A stretch of 64,000 nucleotides of DNA from Malacoraja senta. Lineage: Eukaryota. The stretch is taken from assembly GCA_038087875.1 (NCBI GenBank), contig CM075997.1:2296001-2360000 (forward strand), read 5' to 3'. The number at the start of each line of letters is the position of its first letter. Position 1 is the first letter of the stretch. This document shows, piece by piece, positions 11,253-23,625 of this stretch. The position numbers and the translations under genes were made by a program. The notes beneath the pieces were generated by a model, which had not been told where the DNA came from, ran no database searches, and was given only the letters and a program-made list of their open reading frames with translations.

Positions 11253-12768
11253 ATTTCCTTCGCTCCATAGATGCTGCTGCACCCGCTGAGTTTCTCCAGC
11301 ATTTTTGTGTACCTTCGATTTTCCAGCATCTGCAGTTCCTTCTTAAACACAAGGAACTGCAGATGCTGGTTTAAACCGAAGATAGGCACAAAAAGCTGGA
11401 GTAACTCAGCGGGACAGGCAGCATCTCTGGATGATTATATGCCAGGATGTGGTCAGTGGGTCACACAGTCCATTCGGCCCGTGAAGCCAACCTGCCCCCT
11501 TGCTCAGACCTTTACATTTCTGACGTCTGAAGAAACTATGGTTGGCTGGACTATGGTACCTTCCTTAACTTTGGTGCCGCTGTGGGGTTATGTTGTGTCG
11601 TGGACTTCTGTGTTTGTGCTTTTTTATTTTTTATTTTTTTATTGATTTATTATTTATTTTTATGATACATGACTGTAAGGAAAATCCATTTCGTTGTCTC
11701 TTATGAGATAATGACAATAAATTGAATACAATACAAAAAAAAAGGGTCCCGGCACAAAATGTCACCCATCTGTGTTCTCCAGAGATGCTGCGTGACAATA
11801 GACAATGGACAATAGACAATAGACAATAGGTGCAGGAGTAGGCCAATCGGCCCTTCGAGCCAGCACCACCATTCAATGTGATCATGGCTGATCATCCCCA
11901 ATCAGTACCCCGTTCCTGCCTTCTCCCCATATCCCCTGACCCGCTGAGTTACTCCAGCACTGTGTCTTTTGATTGTGAGCCAGCATCTGCAGTTCCTAGT
12001 TCAGTTTAGTTTTAGCGCGGAAACAGGCCCTTCGGCCCACCGAGTCCGCACCAACCAGCGATCCCCGCACATTAACACTATCCTACACACACTGGGGACA
12101 ATTTACATTTATACCAAGCCAATTAACCGACAAAATGTCTCCATTTTACTGTTCCACTGTGAATTCTCCTCAAGGGTATGCCCACCTTGAAGAGGTTCTC
12201 CTCTCTTCTACTTGAGTTCTGTGAGACCCTGTCCCACTGTTTCCACTCTGCGATTCCCGCTGCTCTCCGAGTCTGAAGAAGGGTCCCTAAGTGGACCAGA
12301 AACATCACCTATCCGCATTCTCTGGGGATGCTGCCTGACCTGCCGAGTTACTCCAGCACTGTGCATCTTTTCTTTCTACATTTCCCGACCTTGCTGGGTA
12401 TCAAATTATTTTGGAAAGTTTCGACTGCATTTGTCTCCTGCCCCCATCCGGGATCACATCGAAGTGCTGAGCAAAACAAAATCTCATCTCCCCTCTGGTC
12501 TATTTAGCAATTATATTAAGCCTGTGTCTGCTGGATGCAATGTTCAGGATTTAGACTCAGTCAGACAGCAGCTCAGTAATAAAGCAACTGATGGTCATAT
12601 TGACGAGCTGTCATGATGGAGAAATGTTGACGCCGTAGATGAGATCCAGCCTGGATTATTTCTCTTGGCTTGATCACTATCACTGCTGTCTGGGGTGAGG
12701 TGGAGGTGGAAGTGGTTTGTGTGTCTGCAGCCCCTCCCACCAGCCCAGGCCACATTACAGCTGTGTGG

Positions 12769-13085
12769 GTAGACAAACTTGCTGGAGAAACTCAGCGGGT
12801 GCGGCAGCATCTATGGAGCGAAGGAAATAGGCAACGTTTCGGGTCGAGTTTCACCAGCAATTTTGTCTACCTTCGATTTTCCAGCATCTGATTAGATTAG
12901 ATTAGATTAGATTTTATTACGTCATTTGAACCTCAGAGAGGCTCAAACGAAACTCCGTTTCCACAGCCATACAAACAAAACAATTCCTACACGACACACA
13001 AACAATTCAAATTACAGAAAAACATCCATCACAGTGAATCTCCTCCTCACTGTGATGGAAGGCAAAATCTGCAGTTCCTTCTTAA
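12769..13085. mobile_element. Fold-back Penelope-derived HHR element (subfamily B) with a nested Rex-tailed fragment
   Basis: 17-bp TSD ACATTACAGCTGTGTGG (12752-12768, 13086-13102); insertion at about 12890-13067 starting (ATTAG)n. Confidence 0.75.
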
Positions 13086-13480
13086 ACATTACAGCTGTGT
13101 GGCGCAGGCTTCAATAGGTTCAAAAGTTTTAGAGACACAGTACACAGGGAAACAGGCCCTTCGGCCCACCAAGCCCATGCTGACTCGTTCACTCATTCAA
13201 TTTGCGCAGCGGTAGAGTTGCTGCCTTACAGCACTTGCAGAGCGGGTTCGATCCCAACTATGGGTGCTGTCTGTACGGAGTTTGTACGTTCTCCCCGTGA
13301 CCCGCGTGGGATTTCTCCAGGATCTTCAGTGAGCTCCAAAAACGTACAGGTTTGCAGGTTAATTGGCTTGGTATATGGGTAAATTATCCCTAGGGTAATG
13401 TTAACGTGTGGGGAGAACGTACAAACCTCTGTACAGACGGCAGCCGTGCTAAGGATCGAACTCGGGTCTCTGGCGCTGTA

Positions 13481-13902
13481 AGGGCCTGTCCCACTTTCAC
13501 GAGTTATTCACGAATTCTCCCGAGTTTTCCCCTTGATTCAAACTCGCAGAATGTTCGTAACGAGTCCGTAGGAGGCCGTAGGAGTCCGTAGATATAACGT
13601 AGCGGCTCGTTATGCCAGCCGTACGTACTCGGGGCATCAGGTAAGTCGGGACGTTTTTTCCAACCCGATAAAAAATGTCCACGAGTTAAGAAATGGTCGG
13701 GATGAAAGAAATTGCAACTTTTTACTCGTAAGGAGGGCATCGAAATAGTCGTGGGGATTCGTAGACATACTCGTAGGAGTTCGTGAACATAGTTGTGGAA
13801 GGTCATAGGAGTTCGTAGATTACCACGATCTTGACTTTTTTATTTAGGTCCTTTAAACTCGGCAGAGGTTTTGAATTAAGTCGTGAAAGTGGGACAGGCC
13901 CT
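13481..13902. mobile_element. Harbinger/PIF-like MITE inserted in an HE1 SINE
   Basis: 22-bp TIR AGGGCCTGTCCCACTTTCACGA/TCGTGAAAGTGGGACAGGCCCT; splits SINE sequence CTGTAAGGCAGC with TA duplicated; internal (T)CGTA-rich repeats. Confidence 0.88.
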
Positions 13903-15304
13903 TAAGGCAGCAACTCTACCGCTGCGCCACCGTGGTCTCGACATGAAACATCACCTAGTCCCATCTATCGAGAGATGCTGCCTGTCCAGCATTTTGTGCC
14001 TATCTACATAGTGAGGACATTTATCTAATTTCAGGAGTACCGCCACACATATACAATCCTGTCGGTTCTCAGACGTAACCCAGACACATTGCACGTAAAG
14101 CATTGCAGAGCCTCTGATCATTGAATGGGATGGGATCGGGTTAATAACGCAGTGACTGTGAGGAAAGGCTGCTTCGTGCTTGCAGCGCTCCTGCATAACA
14201 AGCCAGGCTGTGAGGAGCAGCAGTGGGCCCTACTGATCGTGCAGCTCGTTAGATCAGGTTCTGCCTGAAGGATAAAGCTGGGGATTGGCGACCATTAGAC
14301 CTCTCGAAAGCCGTGTTGTAACTCATCCCTCGTGCACAGGAGGGGGGGGCGATGCAAAGGGTCACACGGTGCAGAGAATCTGCAACATTCGTGATTGCTG
14401 CCATTACTCAGGACTTGCCTGCCAGACACACCTTCAACATTTATTTTCAGGGTAAGTTGCTTCAAAAGATCATCATCAAGGCAGCTGTTTATTAGCTGCG
14501 GGGAAGTTAGCTGATTTCTTTTTTTCAATGAAATACATTTTATTCAGAATAAAAAAAAACAATGCACAGTAAAATACACCAGAGACTCACACCACCCTGG
14601 CCACAATCTTAATTCACTCCTGCCATCGAGGAGAAGGTACAGGAGCCTGAGTTGGCACGTTCTCCCTGTGATCGGGTGGGTTTTCTCCAGACGCTCTGGT
14701 TTCATAGGGTCATAAGACATAGAGGCAGCATTGTGTGTCAGGGGCAGTTTCTTCCCCACAGCCATCAGGCTATTAAACACTACAACATCCAAACAGGCTC
14801 CAAACTATATAGACTGCGGGACATTATTTTTGATTATATGGGGACACTATTATTGTACATTTAATTATTTATCTGTTTGTCTTTTTATATGTAGACGGAA
14901 CTTTATTTTTGTTATTTATTACGGGTTTTACAGAGCACTGTACTTACATATCTTTTATGCCTAGTTTAGTTTAGAGATACAGCACGGAAACAGGCCCTTC
15001 GGCCCACCGAGTCCGTGCAGAGAGCATCCGTGGTCGGGATCGAACCTGGGTCTCCGGAGCTACAAGCGCCGCAAGGCAGCAACTCTACCGCTGAGCCACC
15101 GTGCGGCTTGTCATTAAAGTTCGGAGACACAAGGAACTCCAGATGCTGGAATCCTAAGCAAAGCACAACGTGCTGGAGGAACTCAGCTCCGTCTGAAGAA
15201 GAGTCCTGATCTGATACGTTTTGAATTGAATTGAATTAGACTTTATTAATCCCCTTATTCAGGGGAAATTCAGATGTCCTTGCAGCACACTAATAAAATA
15301 CAAC

Positions 15305-18300
15305 ATAGATACATAGATACATAGAAAATAGGTGCAGGAGTAGGCCATTCGGCCCTTCGAGCCTGCACCGCCATTCAATACGATCATGGCTGATCATCCA
15401 ACTCAGTATCCCGTACCTGCCTTCTCTCCATACCCCCTGATCCCTTTAGCCACAAGGGCCACATCTAATTCCCTCTTAAATATAGCCAATGAACTGGCCT
15501 CAACTACCCTCTGTGGCAGAGAGTTCCAGAGATTCACCACTCTCTGTGTGAAAAAGTTTTTCCTCATCTCGGTCTTAAAGGATTTCCCCCTTATCCTTAA
15601 GCTGTGACCCCTTGTCCTGGACTTCCCCAACATCGGGAACAACCTTCCTGCATCTAGCCTGTCCAACCCCATAAGAATTTTGTACGTTTCTATAAGATCC
15701 CCTCTCAATCTCCTAAATTCTAGCGAGTATAAGCCAAGTCTATCCAGTCTTTCTTCATATGAAAGTCCTGACATCCCAGGAATCAGTCTGGTGAACCTTC
15801 TCTGCACTCCCTCTATGGCTATAATGTCCTTCCTCAGATTTGGAGACCAAAACTGTACGCAATACTCCAGGTGTGGTCTCACCAAGACCCTGTACAACTG
15901 CAGTAGAACCTCCCTGCTCCTATACTCAAATCCTCTTGCTATGAAGGCCAACATACCATTCGCTTTCTTCACTGCCTGCTGCACCTGCATGCCTACTTTC
16001 AATGACTGGTGTACCATGACACCCAGGTCTCGCTGCATCTCCCCATTTCCTAATCGGCACCATTTAGATAATAGTCTGCCTTCCCGTTTTTGCTACCAAA
16101 GTGGATAACCTCACATTTATCCACATTATACTGCATCTGCCAAACATTTGCCCACTCACCCAGCCTATCCAAGTCACCTTGCAGTCTCCTAGCATCCTCC
16201 TCACAGCTAACACTGCCCCCCAGCTTAGTGTCATCCGCAAACTTGGAGATGTTGCTTTCAATTCCCTCGTCCAGATCATTAATATAAATTGTAAATAGCT
16301 GGGGTCCCAGCACTGAGCCTTGCGGTACCCCACTAGTCACTGCCTGCCATTGTGAAAAGGACCCGTTTACTCCTACTCTTTGCTTCCTGTTTGCTAGCCA
16401 GTTCTCTATCCACATCAATACTGAACCCCCAATACCGTGTGATTTAAGTTTGTATCCTAATCTCTTATGTGGTACCTTGTCGAAAGCCTTCTGAAAGTCC
16501 AGATACAACACATCCACTGGTTCTCCCCTATCCACTCTACTAGTTACATCCTCGAAAAATTCTATAAGATTCGTCAGACACGATTTACCTTTCGTAAATC
16601 CATGCTGACTTTGTCCAATGATTTCACCACTTTCCAAATGTGCTGCTATCCCATCTTTAATAACTGACTCTAGCAGTTTCCCCACTACCGATGTTAGACT
16701 AACTGGTCTGTAATTCCCCGTTTTCTGTCTCCCTCCCTTCTTAAAAAGTGGGGTTACGTTTGCTACCCTCCAATCCTCAGGAACTACTCCAGAATCTAAA
16801 GAGTTTTGAAAAATTATCACTAATGCATCCACTATTTCTGGAGCTACTTCCTTAAGTACTCTGGGATGCAGCCTATCTGGCCCTGGTGATTTATCGGCCT
16901 TTAACCCATTCAATTTACCCAACACCACTTCCCGACTAACCTGGATTTCACTCAGTTCCTCCATCTCCTTTGACCCACGGTCCCCTGCTATTTCCGGCAG
17001 ATTATTTATGTCTTCCTTAGTGAAGACAGAACCAAAGTAGTTATTCAATTGGTCTGCCATATCCTTGTTCCCCATGATCAATTCACCTGTTTCTGACTGC
17101 AAGGGACCTACATTTGATTTAACTAATCTCTTTCTCTTCACATATCTATAAAAACTTTTGCAGTCAGTTTTTATGTTCCCTGCCAGTTTCCTTTCATAAT
17201 CTATTTTCCCTTTCCTAATTAAGCCCTTTGTCCTCCTCTGCTGGTCTCTGAATTTCTCCCAGTCCTCTGGTATGCTGCTTTTTCTGGCTAATTTGTACGC
17301 ATCATCTTTTGCTTTGATACTATCCCTGATTTCCCTTGTTATCCACGGATGCACTACCTTCCTTGATTTATTCTTTTGCCAAACTGGGATGAACAATTTT
17401 TGTAGTTCATCCATGCAGTCTTTAAATGCCTTCCATTGCATATCCACCGTCAACCCTTTTAGAACTAATTGCCAGTCAATCTTGGCCAATTCACGTCTCA
17501 TACCCTCAAAGTTACCTTTCTTTAAGTTCAGAACCGTTGTTTCTGAATTAACAATGTCACTCTCCATCCTAATGAAGAACTCAACCATATTATGATCACT
17601 CTTGCCCAAGGGGGCACGTACAACAAGTCTGCTAACTAACCCTTCCTCATTACTCAATACCCAGTCTAGAATAGCCTGCTCTCTCGTTGGTTCCTCTACA
17701 TGTTGGTTTAGATAACTATCCCTCATACATTCCAAGAAATCCTCTTCCTCAGCACCCCTGCCAATTTGATTCACCCAATCTATATGTAGATTGAAGTCAC
17801 CCATTATAACTGTTTTGCCTTTGTTGCACGCATTTCTAATTTCCTGTTTGATGCCATCCCCAACTTCACTACTACTGCTAGGTGGCCTGTACACAACACC
17901 AGCGTTTTCTGCCCCTTAGTGTTTCGCAGCTCTACCCATACCGATTCCACATCCTCCAAGCTAATGTCCTTCCTTTCCACTGCGTTAATCTCCTCTCTAA
18001 CCAGCAACGCTATCCCACCTCCTTTTCCTTTCTCTCTATCCCTCCTGAATATTGAATATCCCTGGATGTTCAGCTCCCAGCCTTGGTCACCTTGGAGCCA
18101 TGTCTCCGTGATCCCAACTATATCATAATCATTAATTGCTATCTGCACGTTCAACTCATCCACCTTATTACGAATGCTCCTTGCATTGAGACACAAAGCC
18201 TTCAGGCTTGTTTTTACAACGCTCTTACCCCTTATACAATTATGTTGAAAAGTGGCTCTTTTTGATTTTTGCCCTGGATTTGTCTGCCTGCCACTTTTAC

Positions 18301-18370
18301 CTTTCACCTTGCTACCTATTGCTTCCGCCCGCATTTTACACCCCTCTGTTTCTCTGCTCACCCATTTAAG
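15305..18370 (-). mobile_element. Young CR1 LINE with near-complete ORF2 (APE endonuclease + RT), two frameshifts
   Basis: ORFs 17804-18715 (LNARSIRNK, GITETWL), 16050-17894 (MGDFN, SDH, YLDFQKAFDKV, GVPQGSVLGP, KFADD), 15403-16038 (C-terminus); tail (CTATGTAT)n. Confidence 0.95.
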
Positions 18371-18436
18371 AACCCCACCACCTCTTATTCTCTGTTTATT
18401 ATTGTTTTCTTCTTTCCCCCCTACATGTTGGGTCTG

Positions 18437-19210
18437 ACATAGTATTAAAACTATAGTATTAAAACATAGTATTAAAAACAAGTTCAACACCAAAACATCC
18501 CCCACTGTGGGGGAAGGCACAAAGTCCAGTCCCCATCCTCTTGTCCACCCAGAGTCGGGCCCACTGAGGCCTCCACAGTCGCCGCCACGGCGCCCGATGT
18601 TCTCGCCGGGTGATGGTGCTCCGGCGTCGGGAGAACCCCCAGCGGCTTGAGGTACCAGGAACGGCCGCCTTCCCACCGGAGACCACGGCTTCCAAGCCAA
18701 CAGACGGAGCTCCACACACTGGCAATCTCAGCGAGAGATCCCAGGCTCCGGGATGTACCGTTCAGCGTCGCAGCTGGGCCGCTCCACAGAACCGCTGCTC
18801 CACGATGTTCTCATCGGCGGTCCAGTATACTGGAGTTCCAGCGCGGCGACCCAGGAAAGGCATCGCCCGCTCCACGACAGCGCTCCAGCGCTGCACCGCC
18901 GCCAAAGCCGATGTTCTGCGCCGCCGCCAAAGCCGATGTTCTGGCCAGGTCCCCTCAGGGAAACGTCGCTCCAGGACCCGCTGGTAGGCCGCAAGGACAG
19001 GTCGAAGGCGCTGCTCGGAGGAAGGCAACCCCTCCGACCAGGTAGGGACTTGAAAAGCAGTTTCCCCCTTCCCCCCCACCACCCCCCACACATAAAAAGA
19101 TAAGGCCCCTGACTACACACTCAACGTACTAAAAATAATAAAAAAGAAGGGAAAAAATCGGACAGCTGCAGGACAGGCAGCCGTTCTGGACAGTGCCTCC
19201 TCCGGACCAT
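18437..19210 (-). mobile_element. GC-rich non-autonomous element (same family as 27292-28294), directly 5' of the CR1
   Basis: Shares GTCCCTACCTGGTCGG, GTCCTTGCGGCCTACCAGCGGG and GGACTGGAC.TTGTGCCTTCCC with the 27.3-kb copy; ends in 3 copies of TTTTAATACTAT. Confidence 0.75.
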
Positions 19211-20022
19211 GTTGTCTGACCATTCCCTCCACAGATGCTGCCTGACCCGCTGAGTTCCTCCGGCACTTTGAGTTTTGCAGGCATTAAACTTCGTTTGATG
19301 GTCACTCAAGCTGAGCGCTTCAGATTGTTTGGCAGAGGTTTGGCATCTCTATAAATTTGAATTGTAAAGATCTTTAGTTTTGGCAGAGGAGTATGAACAT
19401 AGAACTTTTCAGAAGTTTTAAATGCAGTGGTAAAACTTTCCACCAGTTACATGAACAGAAAGATTATATGAAAACAATTATGTGCAGGGCAGCACCCTAA
19501 TGCAGCGGTAGAGCCTCTACCTCACAGCACCAGAGATCCTGCTTCTGGGTTTGATCCTCACCTCGGGTGCTGTCTGTGTGGAGTTTGCACGCTCTCCCTG
19601 TGATCGCGTGGGTTTTCTCCAGGCGCTCTGGTTTCATAAGTTCATAAGACATAGAGGCAGCATTGTGTGCTTCGGCCCATCGAGTCTGCTCCACCATTCA
19701 ATCAGGGCTGATCTATCTTTCCCTCACAACCCCACCCCGTAACCTTTGACACTCTACCTAATTGAGAACCTATCAATCATGATCACATTGAATGGCGGTG
19801 CAGGCTCGAAGGGCCGAATGGCCTACTCCTGCACCTATTTTCTATCTCTATCAAGACCCATTTACAAAACCCTACAGAAGGACCATTGAAACAAGATCAA
19901 TAAAGTGGTGGATTGCACTTTGGAATAAAAAGTGAAATTGCTGGAATCACTCGGCAGGTTCGGCAGCATCTGTGGAAAGAGAAACCGAGTCAATGTTTCA
20001 GATAAAAGACCATTGGAACTGA

Positions 20023-20241
20023 AGTTGGACACAAAATGCTGGAGTAACTCAGCGGGACAGGCAGCCTCTCTGGAGAGAAGGAATGGATGACGTTTCGGGT
20101 CGAGGCCCTTCTTCACCCGACCTGATCCGACCCGAAACGTCACCCATCCCTTCTCTCCAGAGTTGCTGCCTGTCCCGCTGAGTTACTCCAGCATTTTGTG
20201 TCCATCTTCGGTTTAAACCAGCATCTGCAGTTCCTTCCTAC
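20023..20241. mobile_element. Fold-back HHR element (subfamily A) nested in an older diverged fold-back element
   Basis: Inverted arms meeting at the ribozyme; 14-bp TSD ACCATTGGAACTGA (20009-20022, 20242-20255). Confidence 0.85.
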
Positions 20242-20574
20242 ACCATTGGAACTGACACTCTCTCAGTTCTGATGAATGGTTTCCAATCTGAAATCTTTAC
20301 TCTGTTACTCTCCTGATGGATGCTGTCCGACCTGATGAGAATTTTTAGCATTTTATCTTTTTATTTCAGATTTGTAGCATTTGCAGTTTTCTGATTTTCA
20401 TTGACTTTAAAATTTGGACTTCTTTGGTTTCAGACTCTGACTTTTCTTGTTGTTACAACTTTCTGCAGCCATGTAAAGCTCTTTGGCCCTGAAGTGGAGC
20501 TCGATGTTCCTGATCAATGAGGGGGCAGCCAACAGTATAACTTGGGTCCAATAGTAGGCACCAATTCTTTAAAC

Positions 20575-21160
20575 CAAGAGTCTTTTCAGGTGAGGCGGAG
20601 GTTCACTTGCACCTCCTCCAACCTCATCTACTGTACTTGCTGTTCCAGGTGTGGACTCCCGTATATCAGCGAGACCAAGCGCAGTCTCGGCGATTGTTTC
20701 GCTGAACACCTCCGCTCAGTCCACCTAAACCTACCTGATCCCCCATCTGCTAAACACTTTAACTCCCCCTCCCATTCCCACACTGACCTTTCTGTCCTGG
20801 GCCTCCTCCATTGTCAGAGTGAGGCCCAGCGCAAATTGAAGGAACAGCACCTCATATTTCGCTTGGGCAGCTTACACCCCAGCGGTATGAACATTGACTT
20901 CTCTAACTTCAAGTAGCCCTTGCTTTCTCTCTCTCTCCATCCCCTCTCCCTTCCCAGTTCTCCGACCAGTCTTACTGTCTCCGACTACATTCTATCTCTG
21001 CACCGCCCACTCCCCTGATATCAGTCTGAAGAAGGGCCTCAACCCGAAACATCACCCATTCCTTCTCTCCAGAGATGCTGCCTGTCCTGTTGAGTTACTC
21101 CAGCATTTTGTGTCTATCTTCGATTTAAACCAGCAACTGCAGTTTCTTCCTACACACCTT
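20575..21160 (+). mobile_element. Penelope-like element 3' end: GIY-YIG endonuclease + 3'UTR/pLTR with hammerhead
   Basis: ORF 20542-20916 FTCTSSNLIYCTCCSRCGLPYISETKRSLGDCFAEH...HFNSPSH...EQHLIFRLGSLHPSGMNIDF; followed by a pyrimidine tract, the HHR core at 21026-21053 and the ~130-nt repeat. Confidence 0.9.
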
Positions 21161-21687
21161 AAGCCAGCTGTTCCTTTCCTCAATTCCTTGGATAATATCA
21201 GGGCAGAAATGAGTTACACATGTCCAATTTTCAGAAATAAATCACAAATTAAAGCTCATTGATTGCAAGGAATGTTGTGGGAATAAGGCTTTATCTTCAA
21301 GAATCAACTGATCAATCAATGTAGCAAAGATTAAATTTACCACAAATAATTGGTCTCCCAACTGAACTGTGTCTCCAGCTCTAACCTGTTTTCCTTCAAT
21401 GCTCAAAGCTCAGCGACCGCATGCCCATCAATCTTCCACCTCCTTCTCTTACATTTGAGCAGCTAAAATTATTGTCTAACAGACACAGTTAATTAATCGT
21501 GCACATTTGCTGTCACCCCAGTGTCGAGCAGCTGGCTTCAACACCATGTGTCCAGTCCAGGGTGGTAGGTGTATGGAAGGAGCTGCCGGAGAAGGTGGTT
21601 GAGGCAGGTAGTGCCGCAACGTTGAAGAAACATTTAGACTGGTCCATGGACAGGACAGGACAGGTTTGGAGGGATATGGGCCGTTAA

Positions 21688-22349
21688 TCTATATTACTAA
21701 AAGTCTGATCTTGACCACTTCCTGTTGTTCTGTATATTGATTTTAGAAAAAATGCTGCCACTTACAGCTGTGATTTTTGGCCATCTTACTCAGAGTCCCC
21801 CTCCGCTATGCAGGACAAGAGGATTTTTCCCATCGATTAAAAATAAAAGAGTTATTAGTGTTTAGAAAACGTTGAGATTTTCTCTCTCCTGTCAATCACG
21901 CCATGAAGGCCACGCCCCTTCTGGTGGGAGGGGGGGAGGGAACATAAAGTGTGGGCGTGGCTCAGTCTCTGCAAGATGGAGGAGGGAGAGGTCACGACTC
22001 GCTGTCTTTAGTGGCCTTGCACCCTGCTTGAAATGGTATGAAACTGCACTTGAATTTGGTGGCCTTGCACCCTGCTTGAAATGGAATTTCAAGGAATAGC
22101 CTTGAGTCAACTGCCAGCCCGCCAGCTGTGAGTGAGTGAGCTGCTAGCACAAGAATCCATTAGACTCACAATGTCCATACTAGCCCTCTGGAAACCAGTC
22201 CCTTCAGCCCACAACACCCATACTAGCGCTTCAGAAAGCCCCCCCCCCACTGGCCACCAATATTGGAATTGGTGTTGAGGTGGAATATTGCGTTGGGGGA
22301 CCAGCCCTCCCGTGCGATGCTGGGACCCAACGGGTCCCACTTAGTCTAG
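21688..22349 (+). mobile_element. Non-autonomous Helitron
   Basis: A|TCTATATTACTAAAAG 5' end; 3' hairpin TGGGACCC-AAC-GGGTCCCA then CTTAGTCTAG|T; no TSD; internal 24-bp direct repeat GGCCTTGCACCCTGCTTGAAATGG. Confidence 0.85.
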
Positions 22350-23169
22350 TTTCTTCCTATATCTCTCTACATTATCATCTATATCTCTCGTTTCCTTTTC
22401 CTGTGACTTCCAGTCTGAAGAAGGGACTCAACCCGAAACATCAACCCAATTTCTTCTCTCCAGAGATGCTGACTGTCCCGTTGAGTTACTCCAGCTCTTT
22501 GTGTCTATCTTCGGTTTAAAGGAATAGATCGGGTAGACGTACAGAGTCATCTGCAGTTCCTTCCTGCACCTTTCCATCATGTATCGTCTTTTCACTGACT
22601 GGATAGCGTGCAACAAAAAAGCTTTTCACCGTACCTCATTACCATTATTGACAACAATAAATTGAACTAAACTACTAGCTGAGATTTGGAGACAGATTGA
22701 AGAATCAAGGTGCAGAACAAAGCTGCTGAGACTGGGAAAAAAAACCCTTCTTATCTTTGAAATAATAAGCCAGGGTGTTATTTGTTGAGAAATGGCATTA
22801 AACTGGGAACAGTTCTGATCAATAATACACAGCTTAATTTGACACTGCACTGCAGGAATTGTGCTCCATGCAATTCGAATCCCATTAATAAAGGACTGTA
22901 CAGATCACGCAGAATAATATAGGCCTTGCCATTTTTTCCTAGCCTCTGGAATTGGTGCAACAAACCCAGTCTGAAGAAGGGTCTCGACCTGAAACGTCAC
23001 CCATTCCTTCTCTCCAGAGATGCTGCCCGTCCCGCTGAGTTATTCCAGCATCTTGTGTCTGACCCAGGAATGAGCCGAGTCAGGAATTAATTCTGTTTAA
23101 GGGCAGTTCTTAGTTTTTGGTTTCAGAGATACAATGTGGAAGCAGGCCCTTCGACCAGTGATCCCGTAC

Positions 23170-23625
23170 TCTATGTTCCCAGGACTCGAGGGCCTGAGCT
23201 ATGGGGAGAGGTTGAGTAGGCTGGGACTCTATTCCTTGGAGTGCAGGAGGCTGAGGGGTGATCTTATCGAGGTGTACAAAATCACGAGAGGAATAGATCG
23301 GGTAGACGCACAGAGTCTCTTGCCCAGAGTAGGGGAATGGAGAAGCAGAGGATATAGGTTTAAGGTGAGGGGGGAAAGATTTAAAGGGAACCTGAGGAGT
23401 AACGTTTTCACGCAAAGGCGGTGAGTGTATGGACCGAGCTGTCGGAGAAGGCAGTTGAGGCAGGGACTATTACAACATTTAAGGAACATTTAGACTGGTA
23501 CGTGGATAGGATAGGTTTAGAGGGATATGGGCCAAAAGCAGGCAAGTGGAACTAGTGTAGATGGGACTTGTTGGTTAGTGTGGGCAAGTTGGGCTGAAGG
23601 GCCTGTTTCCACGCTGTATGACTTT
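23170..23625 (+). mobile_element. CR1/HER1 3' fragment
   Basis: ORF 23134-23424 GLSYGERLSRLGLYSLECRRLRGDLIEVYK. Confidence 0.85.
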
